From Candidatus Bathyarchaeia archaeon (GTDB taxonomy: Archaea > Thermoproteota > Bathyarchaeia > Bathyarchaeales > Bathycorpusculaceae), in NCBI GenBank assembly GCA_038883795.1, contig JAVZLK010000008.1:1-52950 (forward strand): a DNA stretch of 52,950 nucleotides. The letters run 5' to 3'. Positions within the stretch are counted from its first letter, which is position 1. Every line of letters starts with the position of its first letter. Shown one piece after another: positions 39,881-48,274 of the stretch. The position numbers and the translations under genes are program-made. The notes beneath the pieces were generated by a model. The model was not told the origin of the DNA. It did no database searches and saw only the letters and a list, made by a program, of their open reading frames with translations.

Positions 39881-40447
39881 TTAGTACTCTTTACCAGTCT
39901 CAAGTCTTATGAGATATTCAGAAGAAAATGATTTATTACCAACTGCCGCTTCAAAGGGGTGATATGGAAAGAGCAAAATAACTTTATCATTCTGCCTTAA
40001 CTCCTTTAGAGCACGTAGCGGATATCTTTCTCCTTCTAAAATCCAAGCGTATCCAATATGTGCATTAAAGGGTTTTTCCTCGGTACGCACAATTTTTTGT
40101 CCACGTATAGTTTCAATTTCAACATATAACAAGGAAGGAGTCTTACCTGAATCGTCTTTTATGTCAAAGCGTGCATCGATGTTTAAAGCTATTTTCTTCC
40201 CTTTATTTAATACCGTTGCAGTTAAATAATACCCTAAGCTATCATTCACTTGTTTTTTATCAAATCTTGCATTCTCAATTTTTAATACAACCCTAAGTTG
40301 AAAACAATAAGGAATTAAAGGCAAAATGATGGACAAAAGAGAAAAAATTACAGTTTCCCAATTTCCCAAAAATCCAATAGTTCTTAAATAAATCCATGCA
40401 ACGATAAGAAATGTGATGATTAATAAAGTTATTATTTTCCATCTCAA
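39881..40447 (-). CDS. Hypothetical membrane cargo protein, possibly with premature stop
   Basis: Two N-terminal TM helices then beta-rich domain; frame reads on past TAA as VKVAVRGEDFEK. Confidence 0.6.
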   Translation of the reverse strand: MRWKIITLLIITFLIVAWIYLRTIGFLGNWETVIFSLLSIILPLIPYCFQLRVVLKIENARFDKKQVNDSLGYYLTATVLNKGKKIALNIDARFDIKDDSGKTPSLLYVEIETIRGQKIVRTEEKPFNAHIGYAWILEGERYPLRALKELRQNDKVILLFPYHPFEAAVGNKSFSSEYLIRLETGKEY

Positions 40448-40562
40448 ATTTAAACGCCCTTTTTATTAATTTTGTCAAAGTCTTTTTATTTTTGTCTATT
40501 CAACTTTATTCCAATAATGTTGATTTGAATCATTAAAATAAGGAAAGTTAGATTTATAGTTG

Positions 40563-40636
40563 CCATGTTTGTTTGGTTGTCTGTGTTTGTGTGTCTGTGA
40601 CAGGGTAGGGTGTAGGTAACGGGTTTGGGTTTGGGG
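40563..40636 (-). repeat. Right terminal inverted repeat
   Basis: Ends TGGGTTTGGGG; G/T-rich; shares CCATGT, GTTTGTGTGT and TGTGAC with the left TIR. Confidence 0.75.
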
Positions 40637-40649
40637 GCTAAATTTTTAT
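40637..40649 (+). repeat. Right 13-bp target-site duplication GCTAAATTTTTAT
   Basis: Identical to 37031-37043; directly abuts right TIR. Confidence 0.85.
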
Positions 40650-40669
40650 TCATGTTGTATTTCTTTATA

Positions 40670-41548
40670 ATGCCTCTACAGGGGCTTGCAAGGTTGAGAA
40701 AGCGTAATTGGATACTCTTCATATCTATGATTCTTATGTGGGGTTCGAATTGGACAGTTATGAAAGTCGGGGTAAAATTCGTAGGTCCTCTAAACTTTGT
40801 AATGCAAAGGTTTTTTTTAGGTTTAATCGTTCTATTACCTATACTGCTCTTTAGGGGAAAAAAAATTCCAAGAGATAGTAAAGTATGGTTTAACCTCTGC
40901 ATACTTAGCTTCGTTCAAGCCGCGTGGGTATCCTTCACAAACATCGGTTTGATGTACGAAAGTTCTGGATTAAGTTCTCTACTAACTTATACTCAACCAC
41001 TGTTTGTTTTTTGTTTAGCCGTTCTGTTTTTGAAAGAAAGGGTTGGCATTATTAAAGTTATAGGTATTATGATAGGTTTTTTGGGCGTAGCCGTACTTTA
41101 TGCTGGAAGAATTTCTTTTTCTGTGAACGTCTTTAATTCATCATTATTCTTTTTAATTTTAGGGGCATTTCTTTGGGCTGTTACCGTCATTTACTATAAA
41201 AAATTTTTAAGCAACGTTGACCCTGTGCTTGTGAATATCGTTCAATTTTTTCTAGGTTTTGCCGTTATTTTTGCTATGGTTTTAATGTTTGAAGGATTGA
41301 CGTTTAGCGTTTCTCCATTGTATATTTTTGCCGTTTTATATGCATCAATTTTTGGGTCTGCTGTAGCATCAACCATATGGTTAATACTCATACGGGAAGA
41401 AGAAGCGACTATTGTCTCCGCTTCAAGCCTTGTTGTCCCAGTTACTGCATCATTATTTGGCTTAGTGTTTCTTGGTGAAGTTATTGACGCAATTTCGCTC
41501 TTAGGTTTCATTGTTACATTAACTGGCGTATACCTCGTAAACAAGTGA
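40670..41548 (+). CDS. EamA/DMT-family transporter
   Basis: MWGSNW; YTQPLF; about 10 TM helices; ORF-track start 40625 lies in the TIR, so true start is probably 40670 or 40694. Confidence 0.9.
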   Translation: MPLQGLARLRKRNWILFISMILMWGSNWTVMKVGVKFVGPLNFVMQRFFLGLIVLLPILLFRGKKIPRDSKVWFNLCILSFVQAAWVSFTNIGLMYESSGLSSLLTYTQPLFVFCLAVLFLKERVGIIKVIGIMIGFLGVAVLYAGRISFSVNVFNSSLFFLILGAFLWAVTVIYYKKFLSNVDPVLVNIVQFFLGFAVIFAMVLMFEGLTFSVSPLYIFAVLYASIFGSAVASTIWLILIREEEATIVSASSLVVPVTASLFGLVFLGEVIDAISLLGFIVTLTGVYLVNK

Positions 41549-41633
41549 ATGGATATTTTCAAACCGCGACCGTAATTTAGATATAAAGAGACAACAATAA
41601 AACTTATTAATGTTTTATTTAAAATACTGAGGT

Positions 41634-42527
41634 ATGAAATTTGGAGTTAGTCATTCTCCTCATCAATGGTGGACAAAGACAGAACAATTCGAAGAATGGA
41701 TTTTAAAGGTGGAGGAAATGGGTTATGATGGCATCTTTGTTCCTGACCATTATAACCTTCCTTTTCCACCAAAGGCTTCGCTTGTAGATGCTTGGACCAC
41801 GCTTTCCTATATAGCTGCCAAGACTTCTACCGTTAAAATTGGAAGTTTAGTTAGCCCTGTACCAAGATGGCTCCCAAGCCAATTAGCCAAGATTATCGCT
41901 TCTGTTGACATATTATCAAGGGGCAGAGTTATAGCCGGATTCGGTGCGGGCTTTTACCAGGATGAATTTGTAAATTATGCACCAAGTGGTTCTTTTGATG
42001 ATCCTCGCGTTAGGCTTGAGAGACTTCTAGAAGGAGTAAAGTTAATCCTAGAACTTTGGACTAAAGAAAACGTTAATTTTGAAGGAAAATATTACACTTT
42101 AAAAAAAGCCCTTTTATATCCTAAACCTATTCAGAAACCTCATCCTCCAATATGGTGCGGAGGACGTAGACAACGTATTTTAGAGATAACAGCAAGATAC
42201 TTTAATGGATGGGTACCGAGCATATTTGAGGTGCCAAAAAACTTTGATATTTCTGCTTCTGTTATATCCAGCCCAGAAGAATACGGAAGTTGTGTAGAAA
42301 GAATTAAGGGGCTCTTTCGGAAGTTTGGAAGGGAGGAAACCAGTTTTACTTTTGGAATTTTGGGCGAAGTAAACTTTGATTTCGACCTAATCGAGAAATA
42401 CAGAGTAGCAGGTTGTCAATACTACATAGTTGATGTAGTGCCTCCTGGCAAGCAAATTCCTAAACCAACCGAATGTCTAGGATTAACTGAAAAGTTTGCT
42501 AAAGAGGTAATGCCATCTTTTAAATAA
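41634..42527 (+). CDS. LLM-class (probably F420-dependent) oxidoreductase, second copy
   Basis: VPDHY; VDILSRGR; PKPIQKPHPPIW. Confidence 0.9.
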   Translation: MKFGVSHSPHQWWTKTEQFEEWILKVEEMGYDGIFVPDHYNLPFPPKASLVDAWTTLSYIAAKTSTVKIGSLVSPVPRWLPSQLAKIIASVDILSRGRVIAGFGAGFYQDEFVNYAPSGSFDDPRVRLERLLEGVKLILELWTKENVNFEGKYYTLKKALLYPKPIQKPHPPIWCGGRRQRILEITARYFNGWVPSIFEVPKNFDISASVISSPEEYGSCVERIKGLFRKFGREETSFTFGILGEVNFDFDLIEKYRVAGCQYYIVDVVPPGKQIPKPTECLGLTEKFAKEVMPSFK

Positions 42528-42586
42528 GTGAGTCATACACTTTGAAGAGAGTTGGTGAGTGTGACAGGGGTACGCGCATGACTTTT

Positions 42587-42603
42587 ATGAAAGGCTGTTT
42601 CTG
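42587..42603 (+). repeat. Left subterminal IR of IS110 (ATGAAAGGCTGTTTCTG)
   Basis: 15/17 match to the reverse complement of 43842-43858. Confidence 0.8.
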
Positions 42604-42609
42604 TTTAGT

Positions 42610-42736
42610 GTTTGGGCTGGGCTGGTCCGGGAACACTTTGGCCTTTGCGGCCGTGCGCATGACTGGACCTTGCCTTGAGCTGCTAAGATAATGGGCTTTG
42701 CGCTCGAATGAGTGTTTGCAGCCTGAAGTCAGCCAA
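42610..42736 (+). ncRNA. Candidate bridge/seek RNA of IS110
   Basis: Nested stems GGCTG/CAGCC, GGTCC/GGACC, GGCC/GGCC, GAGC/GCTC; internal loop carries GCGCATGA and CACT matching the target flanks. Confidence 0.6.
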
Positions 42737-42763
42737 AAATTAAAATGAAAGGGGGAATGTGGA

Positions 42764-43810
42764 ATGAGGTATGTGAGTGTTGATGTTGGCAAGGGGAAGT
42801 GTGTGGCTGCGTTTGTTGATGGGGATGGCGTTTTGGTTGATGAGTTCAGCTTTGCTAATGACTTTTCAGGGATTGGAATGTTTGTTGGTAGGCTTTGTGA
42901 AGGTGACATGGTTGTTATGGAGTCTACTGGCAATTTGTGGGTTAACCTTTTTGAGCTGTGGAGGGCCAGGGGCGTTAAGGCGGTTTTGGCTAATCCTTTG
43001 AAGATGAAGGCTATAGCTTCAGCGAAGATTAGGAATGATAAGGTTGATGCTAAGGTTTTAGCCTTTCTGTTGCGTAGTGGTCTTGTGGCTGAATGTTATG
43101 TTCCGCCAAAAGAGGTTAGGGAGTTGAGGGCTTTGGTTAGGCATAGAATGCAGCTTGTCCGTTCCGCCACAATAGTTAAAAATCGTGTTCACAGTTTGCT
43201 TGACAGGTACGGCGTTAAACATGGCTTTTCAGACCTTTTCGGAAAGGCTGGAATGGATTGGCTTAAAAAGCTTGAAGTTAAGCCTTTGGATAGGCTTCTA
43301 TTGGACAGCTTCATTGAACAGGTTGAATGTCTCAAAAGGCTAATAGGGAATGTTGATGGCGAGATTGGCCGTAGGGCATCCATTGATGGGGATGTTAGGC
43401 TTTTGCTTAGCTTGACCGGCGTTAACGTTTATTCAGCCCTTCTTATAAAAAGCGAAATCGGCGATATCAAGCGTTTTCCAAACTATAAGAAACTGATCAG
43501 CTGGGCTGGTTTGGCTCCTTTGGTTTATCAGTCTGGAAGTATTGAGAGGCGTGGGCATATAACGAAGCAGGGTTCTGCTGTTTTGAGGTGGGTTATGGTT
43601 GAATGCGCAAGATCAGCGGTTCGTTTTGATGATAAGCTTGGCGAGTTTTATGAGCGTGTCAAGCGTAGGCGTGGTGGGCAGAAGGCTTTAGTTGCTGTTG
43701 CTTGTAAGATGTTGAAGATTGTGTGGTTTATGTTGACTCGTGGGGAGCCTTACAGTTCTAGGAATTCTAGGCTTTATGGGGAAAAGCTTAAGAGGGTTTC
43801 TGGGTTTTAG
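42764..43810 (+). CDS. IS110-family DEDD transposase/recombinase
   Basis: SVDVGK; MESTG; NDKVDA; AGLAP..YQSG; ITKQG; VAVACK. Confidence 0.95.
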   Translation: MRYVSVDVGKGKCVAAFVDGDGVLVDEFSFANDFSGIGMFVGRLCEGDMVVMESTGNLWVNLFELWRARGVKAVLANPLKMKAIASAKIRNDKVDAKVLAFLLRSGLVAECYVPPKEVRELRALVRHRMQLVRSATIVKNRVHSLLDRYGVKHGFSDLFGKAGMDWLKKLEVKPLDRLLLDSFIEQVECLKRLIGNVDGEIGRRASIDGDVRLLLSLTGVNVYSALLIKSEIGDIKRFPNYKKLISWAGLAPLVYQSGSIERRGHITKQGSAVLRWVMVECARSAVRFDDKLGEFYERVKRRRGGQKALVAVACKMLKIVWFMLTRGEPYSSRNSRLYGEKLKRVSGF

Positions 43811-43841
43811 GTTTAGTTGCTGGCTTTGGGTTTCAGCTTTG

Positions 43842-43858
43842 CAGAAGCTGCCTTTCAT
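43842..43858 (-). repeat. Right subterminal IR of IS110
   Basis: CAGAAGCTGCCTTTCAT. Confidence 0.8.
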
Positions 43859-44045
43859 GAGTGAGTAAGTATTCACTAATCCGCTTTAGGTCTTCCTCTC
43901 AAAACGAGGTTCTTAATTTAGTTATGTTTGGGTGGCATTTCTCTGTTCATGGCTAAAATCAATCTTATTTATATGTCAGTCACAAGCATGAAATAACAGA
44001 TTTCAAGTAACTAACCCAAATAATTAATAAAAAAAGCGATGATGC

Positions 44046-45485
44046 TTACTCTTTTATACCAGCAAGTTTCTTAGCGAGTTTCTTCTTCTCATCAAAATTT
44101 ACAGAATTGTATATTTCTCGTCTTTGGGCTTGAGGCGAACCTGCTCCATGCCATGTACCGACTCCATGTAAACCTGCACACCAATTTTGAATGAACTTGG
44201 TCATTCTCATTCGTTTGTTTGCTGGAACAGCGGCTTTAAGATATTTTTTGATGTATTCTGATACATCGGGATTTTCAAGTTCTTTTTCTGAGGGTAAGGT
44301 TACCGCCAAACCTCCAGTAATGTCGCCAAGTAAAGCCATCATTTTCCAGAAGCCATCTGCGCAATTAAGTTTAGCCACATTTGAATACATCCTATGTGGC
44401 AGATATACCCCAGAGCCTTCGGGTTCCTCGCCTCCCTTTAACGCAGCCGCTACAGCACAAGCATGTAAAGTTTCATTTATTTTTACCATTTCTATTATTT
44501 TCTCTTTTACGTGAGGCACTTCTGCTGTTCCCAAATATTCAGCCATAGTTTGAGCTGCACCGATCATTAAATCTCCAAACCCAACTTTACAAGCTCCACC
44601 ACAGGTCATCCTATGCATTCTCGCAAACCTATTCCACATATGCGTGGTGAATTCAACTTCGCCACACATGAAAACTCTCTCCCATGGAATAAAGACATCG
44701 TCGAAAATTATCATACATGTTTCTCGTACACCATAAATTGGGTTTCCAAGATGGTATATGTTCCTTGCATAGAGCCTTTCAGAATCTTCAGGAGTATATT
44801 GACAAATGTATGTTAAACCTTTCGCGCCATTTGGAATGGCGAACGCCACGGCATATTCTTCCTCTGTTTGGCGAAACGTCGCTCCTGGAATTATTATATG
44901 TTCATGAGCGGCTATTGCACCACTTTGATGAATTCTCGCGCCTCTAACAATTATTCCCTTATCGCGTTTTTCAACAACCCTAATGTGCATATCTGGATCC
45001 TGCTCTTTAGGTCTTTTACTCCTGTCGCCTTTGACGTCTGTTAATGAGCCAGTGCAAGCCAAATCATTTCTTTGAACCCATTTCAAATATTTGAGAAACC
45101 TTTTGTTGTATTCCGTTCCAAGTTTTTTATCCATCTCGTAAGTTACACTTGCAAGCGTAGTTAATGCGTCGGCCCCTGTGCAACGATAGTTACATGTACC
45201 CAATGTTTGACTAGTCAAAATCGCCATTTCGACTTTTTTCTCAAGATCTTGCATGTTTCGAGGAATATGAACACACCTGCTCACTTGTTCGCCAGTGTAG
45301 GGTGATTGAGCAGCCATGATACCTTCAAAATTAGGGTTTTTAGTCATGTCATAAATTTTAGCAATAGCTTCAACAACCGATTTTGTGACGGGATTAGTTG
45401 TGATAGATATAACCTTTTCTCCGTTTAAGTATACGCGCGGATTAAGCTGTTTAATACTTTCGATGTACTCCCCAGCTGTTTTCAT
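44046..45485 (-). CDS. Second 4-hydroxybutyryl-CoA dehydratase-like (HpaB/AbfD family) protein
   Basis: GTCNYRCTG; LTDVKGDR; FIPWERVFMCGE; HRMTCGGACK; WHGAGSP. Confidence 0.9.
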   Translation of the reverse strand: MKTAGEYIESIKQLNPRVYLNGEKVISITTNPVTKSVVEAIAKIYDMTKNPNFEGIMAAQSPYTGEQVSRCVHIPRNMQDLEKKVEMAILTSQTLGTCNYRCTGADALTTLASVTYEMDKKLGTEYNKRFLKYLKWVQRNDLACTGSLTDVKGDRSKRPKEQDPDMHIRVVEKRDKGIIVRGARIHQSGAIAAHEHIIIPGATFRQTEEEYAVAFAIPNGAKGLTYICQYTPEDSERLYARNIYHLGNPIYGVRETCMIIFDDVFIPWERVFMCGEVEFTTHMWNRFARMHRMTCGGACKVGFGDLMIGAAQTMAEYLGTAEVPHVKEKIIEMVKINETLHACAVAAALKGGEEPEGSGVYLPHRMYSNVAKLNCADGFWKMMALLGDITGGLAVTLPSEKELENPDVSEYIKKYLKAAVPANKRMRMTKFIQNWCAGLHGVGTWHGAGSPQAQRREIYNSVNFDEKKKLAKKLAGIKE

Positions 45486-45740
45486 GTTATCCACTCCGAT
45501 ACATATTTGGATGTTATCTTATGTTTTTATATGTTTTGTTTTAATCGTAGCTTTTTCGGTAGCTTCATGGAAGGTTGCAGCGATAGCAGCTAAGAAAGCG
45601 TGCCCTAGGAATAGCTAGGAAGCTTAATCGTGAAAAATTAATGCAACAATGGAAGGTAAGAAGAGTATACATGCATAAATGTATGTAGCGTGCTAAAATT
45701 TTTTATTATTTAATAGTACACAGCTACTATGGGTGTTAAA

Positions 45741-45915
45741 ATGGGAAATGTAAAAATAATTGATTTAAGCGTGCCGCTTGAACATAATTCCCCACTCGAT
45801 CCAGAACTTTATAGGCCAAAAATTAGGGTATGTAGACCATAGGGAGGGTACGGTTGATATGCAGCAGTTGTTTGGAGTAAATTCACAAGACTTAGTTTAT
45901 TCTAAAGGGCTGGCT
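45741..45915 (+). pseudogene. Cyclase-family N-terminal fragment
   Basis: MGNVKIIDLSVPLEHNSP..PKIR, frameshift, YVDHREG..MQQLFGV..DLVYSKGL; truncated. Confidence 0.65.
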
Positions 45916-45943
45916 CGGAAAGTTATCTCCTCAAAAAATAGAA

Positions 45944-46183
45944 TTGGCAGAAAGTGGTTTGACATGGTTAGATTTGAGAATTCTTGATTACATCAGGAAA
46001 TATGGAAGGGTGGTCGCTCAAGACCTCGAGAGGTACACTGCACATTCAGTGGTCGAATGTGCAGCAAGTATGACTCATCTTGTACGTCTTGGGCTAATAA
46101 ATAAACGAGGGATATTAAGAAGAAGAGTGACAATCTCCAACGAAGGCAAGGGGTATATTGAGAAGTTCAAGCATCTCCTTTAA
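45944..46183 (+). CDS. Small winged-helix protein
   Basis: LTWLDLRILDYI...HLVRLGLI...TISNEGK. Confidence 0.6.
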   Translation: MAESGLTWLDLRILDYIRKYGRVVAQDLERYTAHSVVECAASMTHLVRLGLINKRGILRRRVTISNEGKGYIEKFKHLL

Positions 46184-46295
46184 ATCAACAGTCGATATAC
46201 ACTCGTACTTTTTTTGGGAGTTTAAGCAAATATAACTTTGTTTTATTCGAATACATTTAATGCGTCATCAACCTTTCATGTAGCGTTAAATATTT

Positions 46296-46844
46296 TTATT
46301 TCCACCATTTCTTTTTCCTAGGCATAGCTATAATTTCACGAATTTCCAGCCTCTTTTGAATGTCTGAACTGAACATGTCTGAAGTTGATGTGGCTTTAAT
46401 AATCGCTGCTGAATCGGCCCCACTTCCCGTACCACCGACAGCTATCACTTCTTGACCAGAAGGAATTATTCCCTTGTCAACCGCGATTAGCGTGACTTCA
46501 GCGCAGACTTTTATCCCTTGACCAAAAGTGTAAAACGTGTTCCTAACCAACTCATTTCCCATCTCGTGCAAAGGTAAGTAATTTTCAAAATTGCAAATAG
46601 TGACGTCCAGATTCTGAAGTTCTTGAACGTTTTTCTGGGTGATTTTTTTCCACGAAACCGCTATCAGTTTTGCTTTATTCTTTAAGTATTTAGCAAACTT
46701 TAATGCTGTATCACCAGAGGTACTGGCTACAATGACCGTTTTGATTCCTTTTTCCTTTATTTTCTCCGAAACTGCTTGAATCACATATTCGGTATTTTCG
46801 GGACCGGGTTCTTCAAAATACCAAACTTTGCTAATTGTTTTCAT
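46296..46844 (-). CDS. Pyruvate-kinase C-terminal-like domain protein (MTH1675/DUF1867 type)
   Basis: YFEEPGPENT; VASTSGDTA; FGQGIKVCAE; GGTGSGADSA. Confidence 0.88.
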   Translation of the reverse strand: MKTISKVWYFEEPGPENTEYVIQAVSEKIKEKGIKTVIVASTSGDTALKFAKYLKNKAKLIAVSWKKITQKNVQELQNLDVTICNFENYLPLHEMGNELVRNTFYTFGQGIKVCAEVTLIAVDKGIIPSGQEVIAVGGTGSGADSAAIIKATSTSDMFSSDIQKRLEIREIIAMPRKKKWWK

Positions 46845-47019
46845 TTTTATTCACACCTATGAAACTTTGTTTAGCGTTTGATGATAAAAAATTTATGCCC
46901 GATTATTGATTATTTAATTGTATATTTTCTGGGAGGTTTAATGTTGGCCTTCTCCAATTTTATGTGATTTCAACATTCCATCAAACCTTCGGCATTATTT
47001 TCTTTCGCACAAAAGTGAG

Positions 47020-47982
47020 TTAATACTTTTTCGGTGTCTTAGATATGCCAAGCATCTCTCTAGCTTGTGCTGGCGAAGCAATTTCACGGTTAAGCTCTTT
47101 TGCTATTCTCGCGGTTCTCTCCACTAATTGTGCGTTGCTTTTTGCTAACTCTCCTTTTCGGTAGTATATGTTATCCTCCAACCCCACTCTTACGTGGAGA
47201 CCCATTGCTATCGCTATTGTTGTAAGTGGGAGTTGGAATGGGCCTATCCCTATTACGCTAACAATAGAGTTCGGAGGGACGTGATAGAGCATTGAAATCA
47301 GGTTGTGTGCTGTCGGCAATACAGCACTCGGTGGGCCCATCACAAATTGGATTATATACGGGGGATGTATTAAATTCTTTTCTATTAAGTTATAGACTAG
47401 TTGGAATTGACCTTGGTGATAGACCTCAAGTTCAGGCTTTATACCTTTCTCAAGCATCCTTCGAGCAAAAAGCTCCGTCTCACCCCATGAAAATGTGGGT
47501 GGCCAAATGCTATCACTCACCATGTCTTCTGGTCTACCAGATAGTGGAGGCTCTCTTTTTTTGAGAATAGTCTTCCAAGCCAATGGACCCATATTAAGAC
47601 TTGCTATTTCTGGGTCAGCATCTAACGACCTAATTCGCTCCTCCGTTGTTAGCCCAAATCCTCCACCTGTTGTATTGTTAATGATCATGTCAGGGCAAAG
47701 TTCCCTAATCAATTTGTTTACCTTTCGATAATCTTCAGGATTACATGATGGACTAGCATAGCCCTTTTTCGGATCCCTAGCATGTATATGAACTACAGAA
47801 GCTCCAGCTTTATACGACTCGTATGCTTGCTGGGCCTGTTCTTCAGGGGTTTCTGGAAGATTAGGATTTAATTCCTTACCATGACCCCCTCCCGTCAAGG
47901 CCGCACCTATAATCAACGGGGGCAACTGTTGACCCCGCACCAACCTGATATACTCTTGTGGGTCGTTATAATTCCAAGCCAT
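47020..47982 (-). CDS. Beta-keto acid cleavage enzyme (BKACE/Kce, DUF849)
   Basis: LPETPEEQ; VHIHARD; TTGG; ASLNMG; PELE; HVRVGLEDN. Confidence 0.92.
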   Translation of the reverse strand: MAWNYNDPQEYIRLVRGQQLPPLIIGAALTGGGHGKELNPNLPETPEEQAQQAYESYKAGASVVHIHARDPKKGYASPSCNPEDYRKVNKLIRELCPDMIINNTTGGGFGLTTEERIRSLDADPEIASLNMGPLAWKTILKKREPPLSGRPEDMVSDSIWPPTFSWGETELFARRMLEKGIKPELEVYHQGQFQLVYNLIEKNLIHPPYIIQFVMGPPSAVLPTAHNLISMLYHVPPNSIVSVIGIGPFQLPLTTIAIAMGLHVRVGLEDNIYYRKGELAKSNAQLVERTARIAKELNREIASPAQAREMLGISKTPKKY

Positions 47983-48087
47983 ATTTATCACCTTTTATTG
48001 AGCCGAAAATAGCGGAGATTCCAATATAAAACTTTCTGTAAAAGTCAAGAAAAATTATTTTTCAGTTTTTCGAAAAGCGATAGGTTT

Positions 48088-48273
48088 TCACTTTCCAAAT
48101 CTTTTTAAGACGGCCCTTGTCATAGCCAATCGCATTATTTCGTTTGTTCCGGCGGCGGATATTAGAGGTAGCGAATCTCTTAAGAGGCGTTGTGGGATAT
48201 GTTCAACAGCGTTGCCCCATGCTCCATATATGTCTATAAGCCTTCTTGCACATTGGATAGCGGCTTCTGTAGC
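48088..48273 (-). pseudogene. Acyl-CoA dehydrogenase 3' remnant
   Basis: Manual translation ATEAAIQCARRLIDIYGAWGNAVEHIPQRLLRDSLPLISAAGTNE, frameshift, IMRLAMTRAVLKRFGK*. Confidence 0.75.
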
Positions 48274-48274
48274 C

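Larger units (their letters stand above)
37044..40636. mobile_element. Cas1-encoding TIR/TSD-bounded element (PolB-less mini-casposon candidate), 3593 bp
   Basis: TSD-TIR-[cargo, cas1, small ORF, cargo]-TIR-TSD; no other recombinase inside. Confidence 0.75.
42580..43860 (+). mobile_element. IS110-family insertion sequence
   Basis: Intact transposase; subterminal IRs 42587-42603 and 43842-43858; CATGA at both junctions; strong G/T skew. Confidence 0.85.

Noticed and set aside
36935-40640. CRISPR array or cas operon near cas1
   Set aside because: No regularly spaced direct repeats and no cas2/cas4/effector genes seen; the repeats are one inverted pair plus a TSD
40486-40902. Minus-strand 138-aa ORF
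   Set aside because: Antisense to eamA and runs through the TIR; shadow ORF
42527-42533. AGTGAGT direct repeat (also 43860-43866) as IS110 boundary/TSD
   Set aside because: IS110 elements typically make no TSD; IR spacing, the CATGA core and guide matches favour a left end near 42580
42520-42933. Minus-strand 137-aa ORF
   Set aside because: Antisense to the IS110 transposase and its non-coding region
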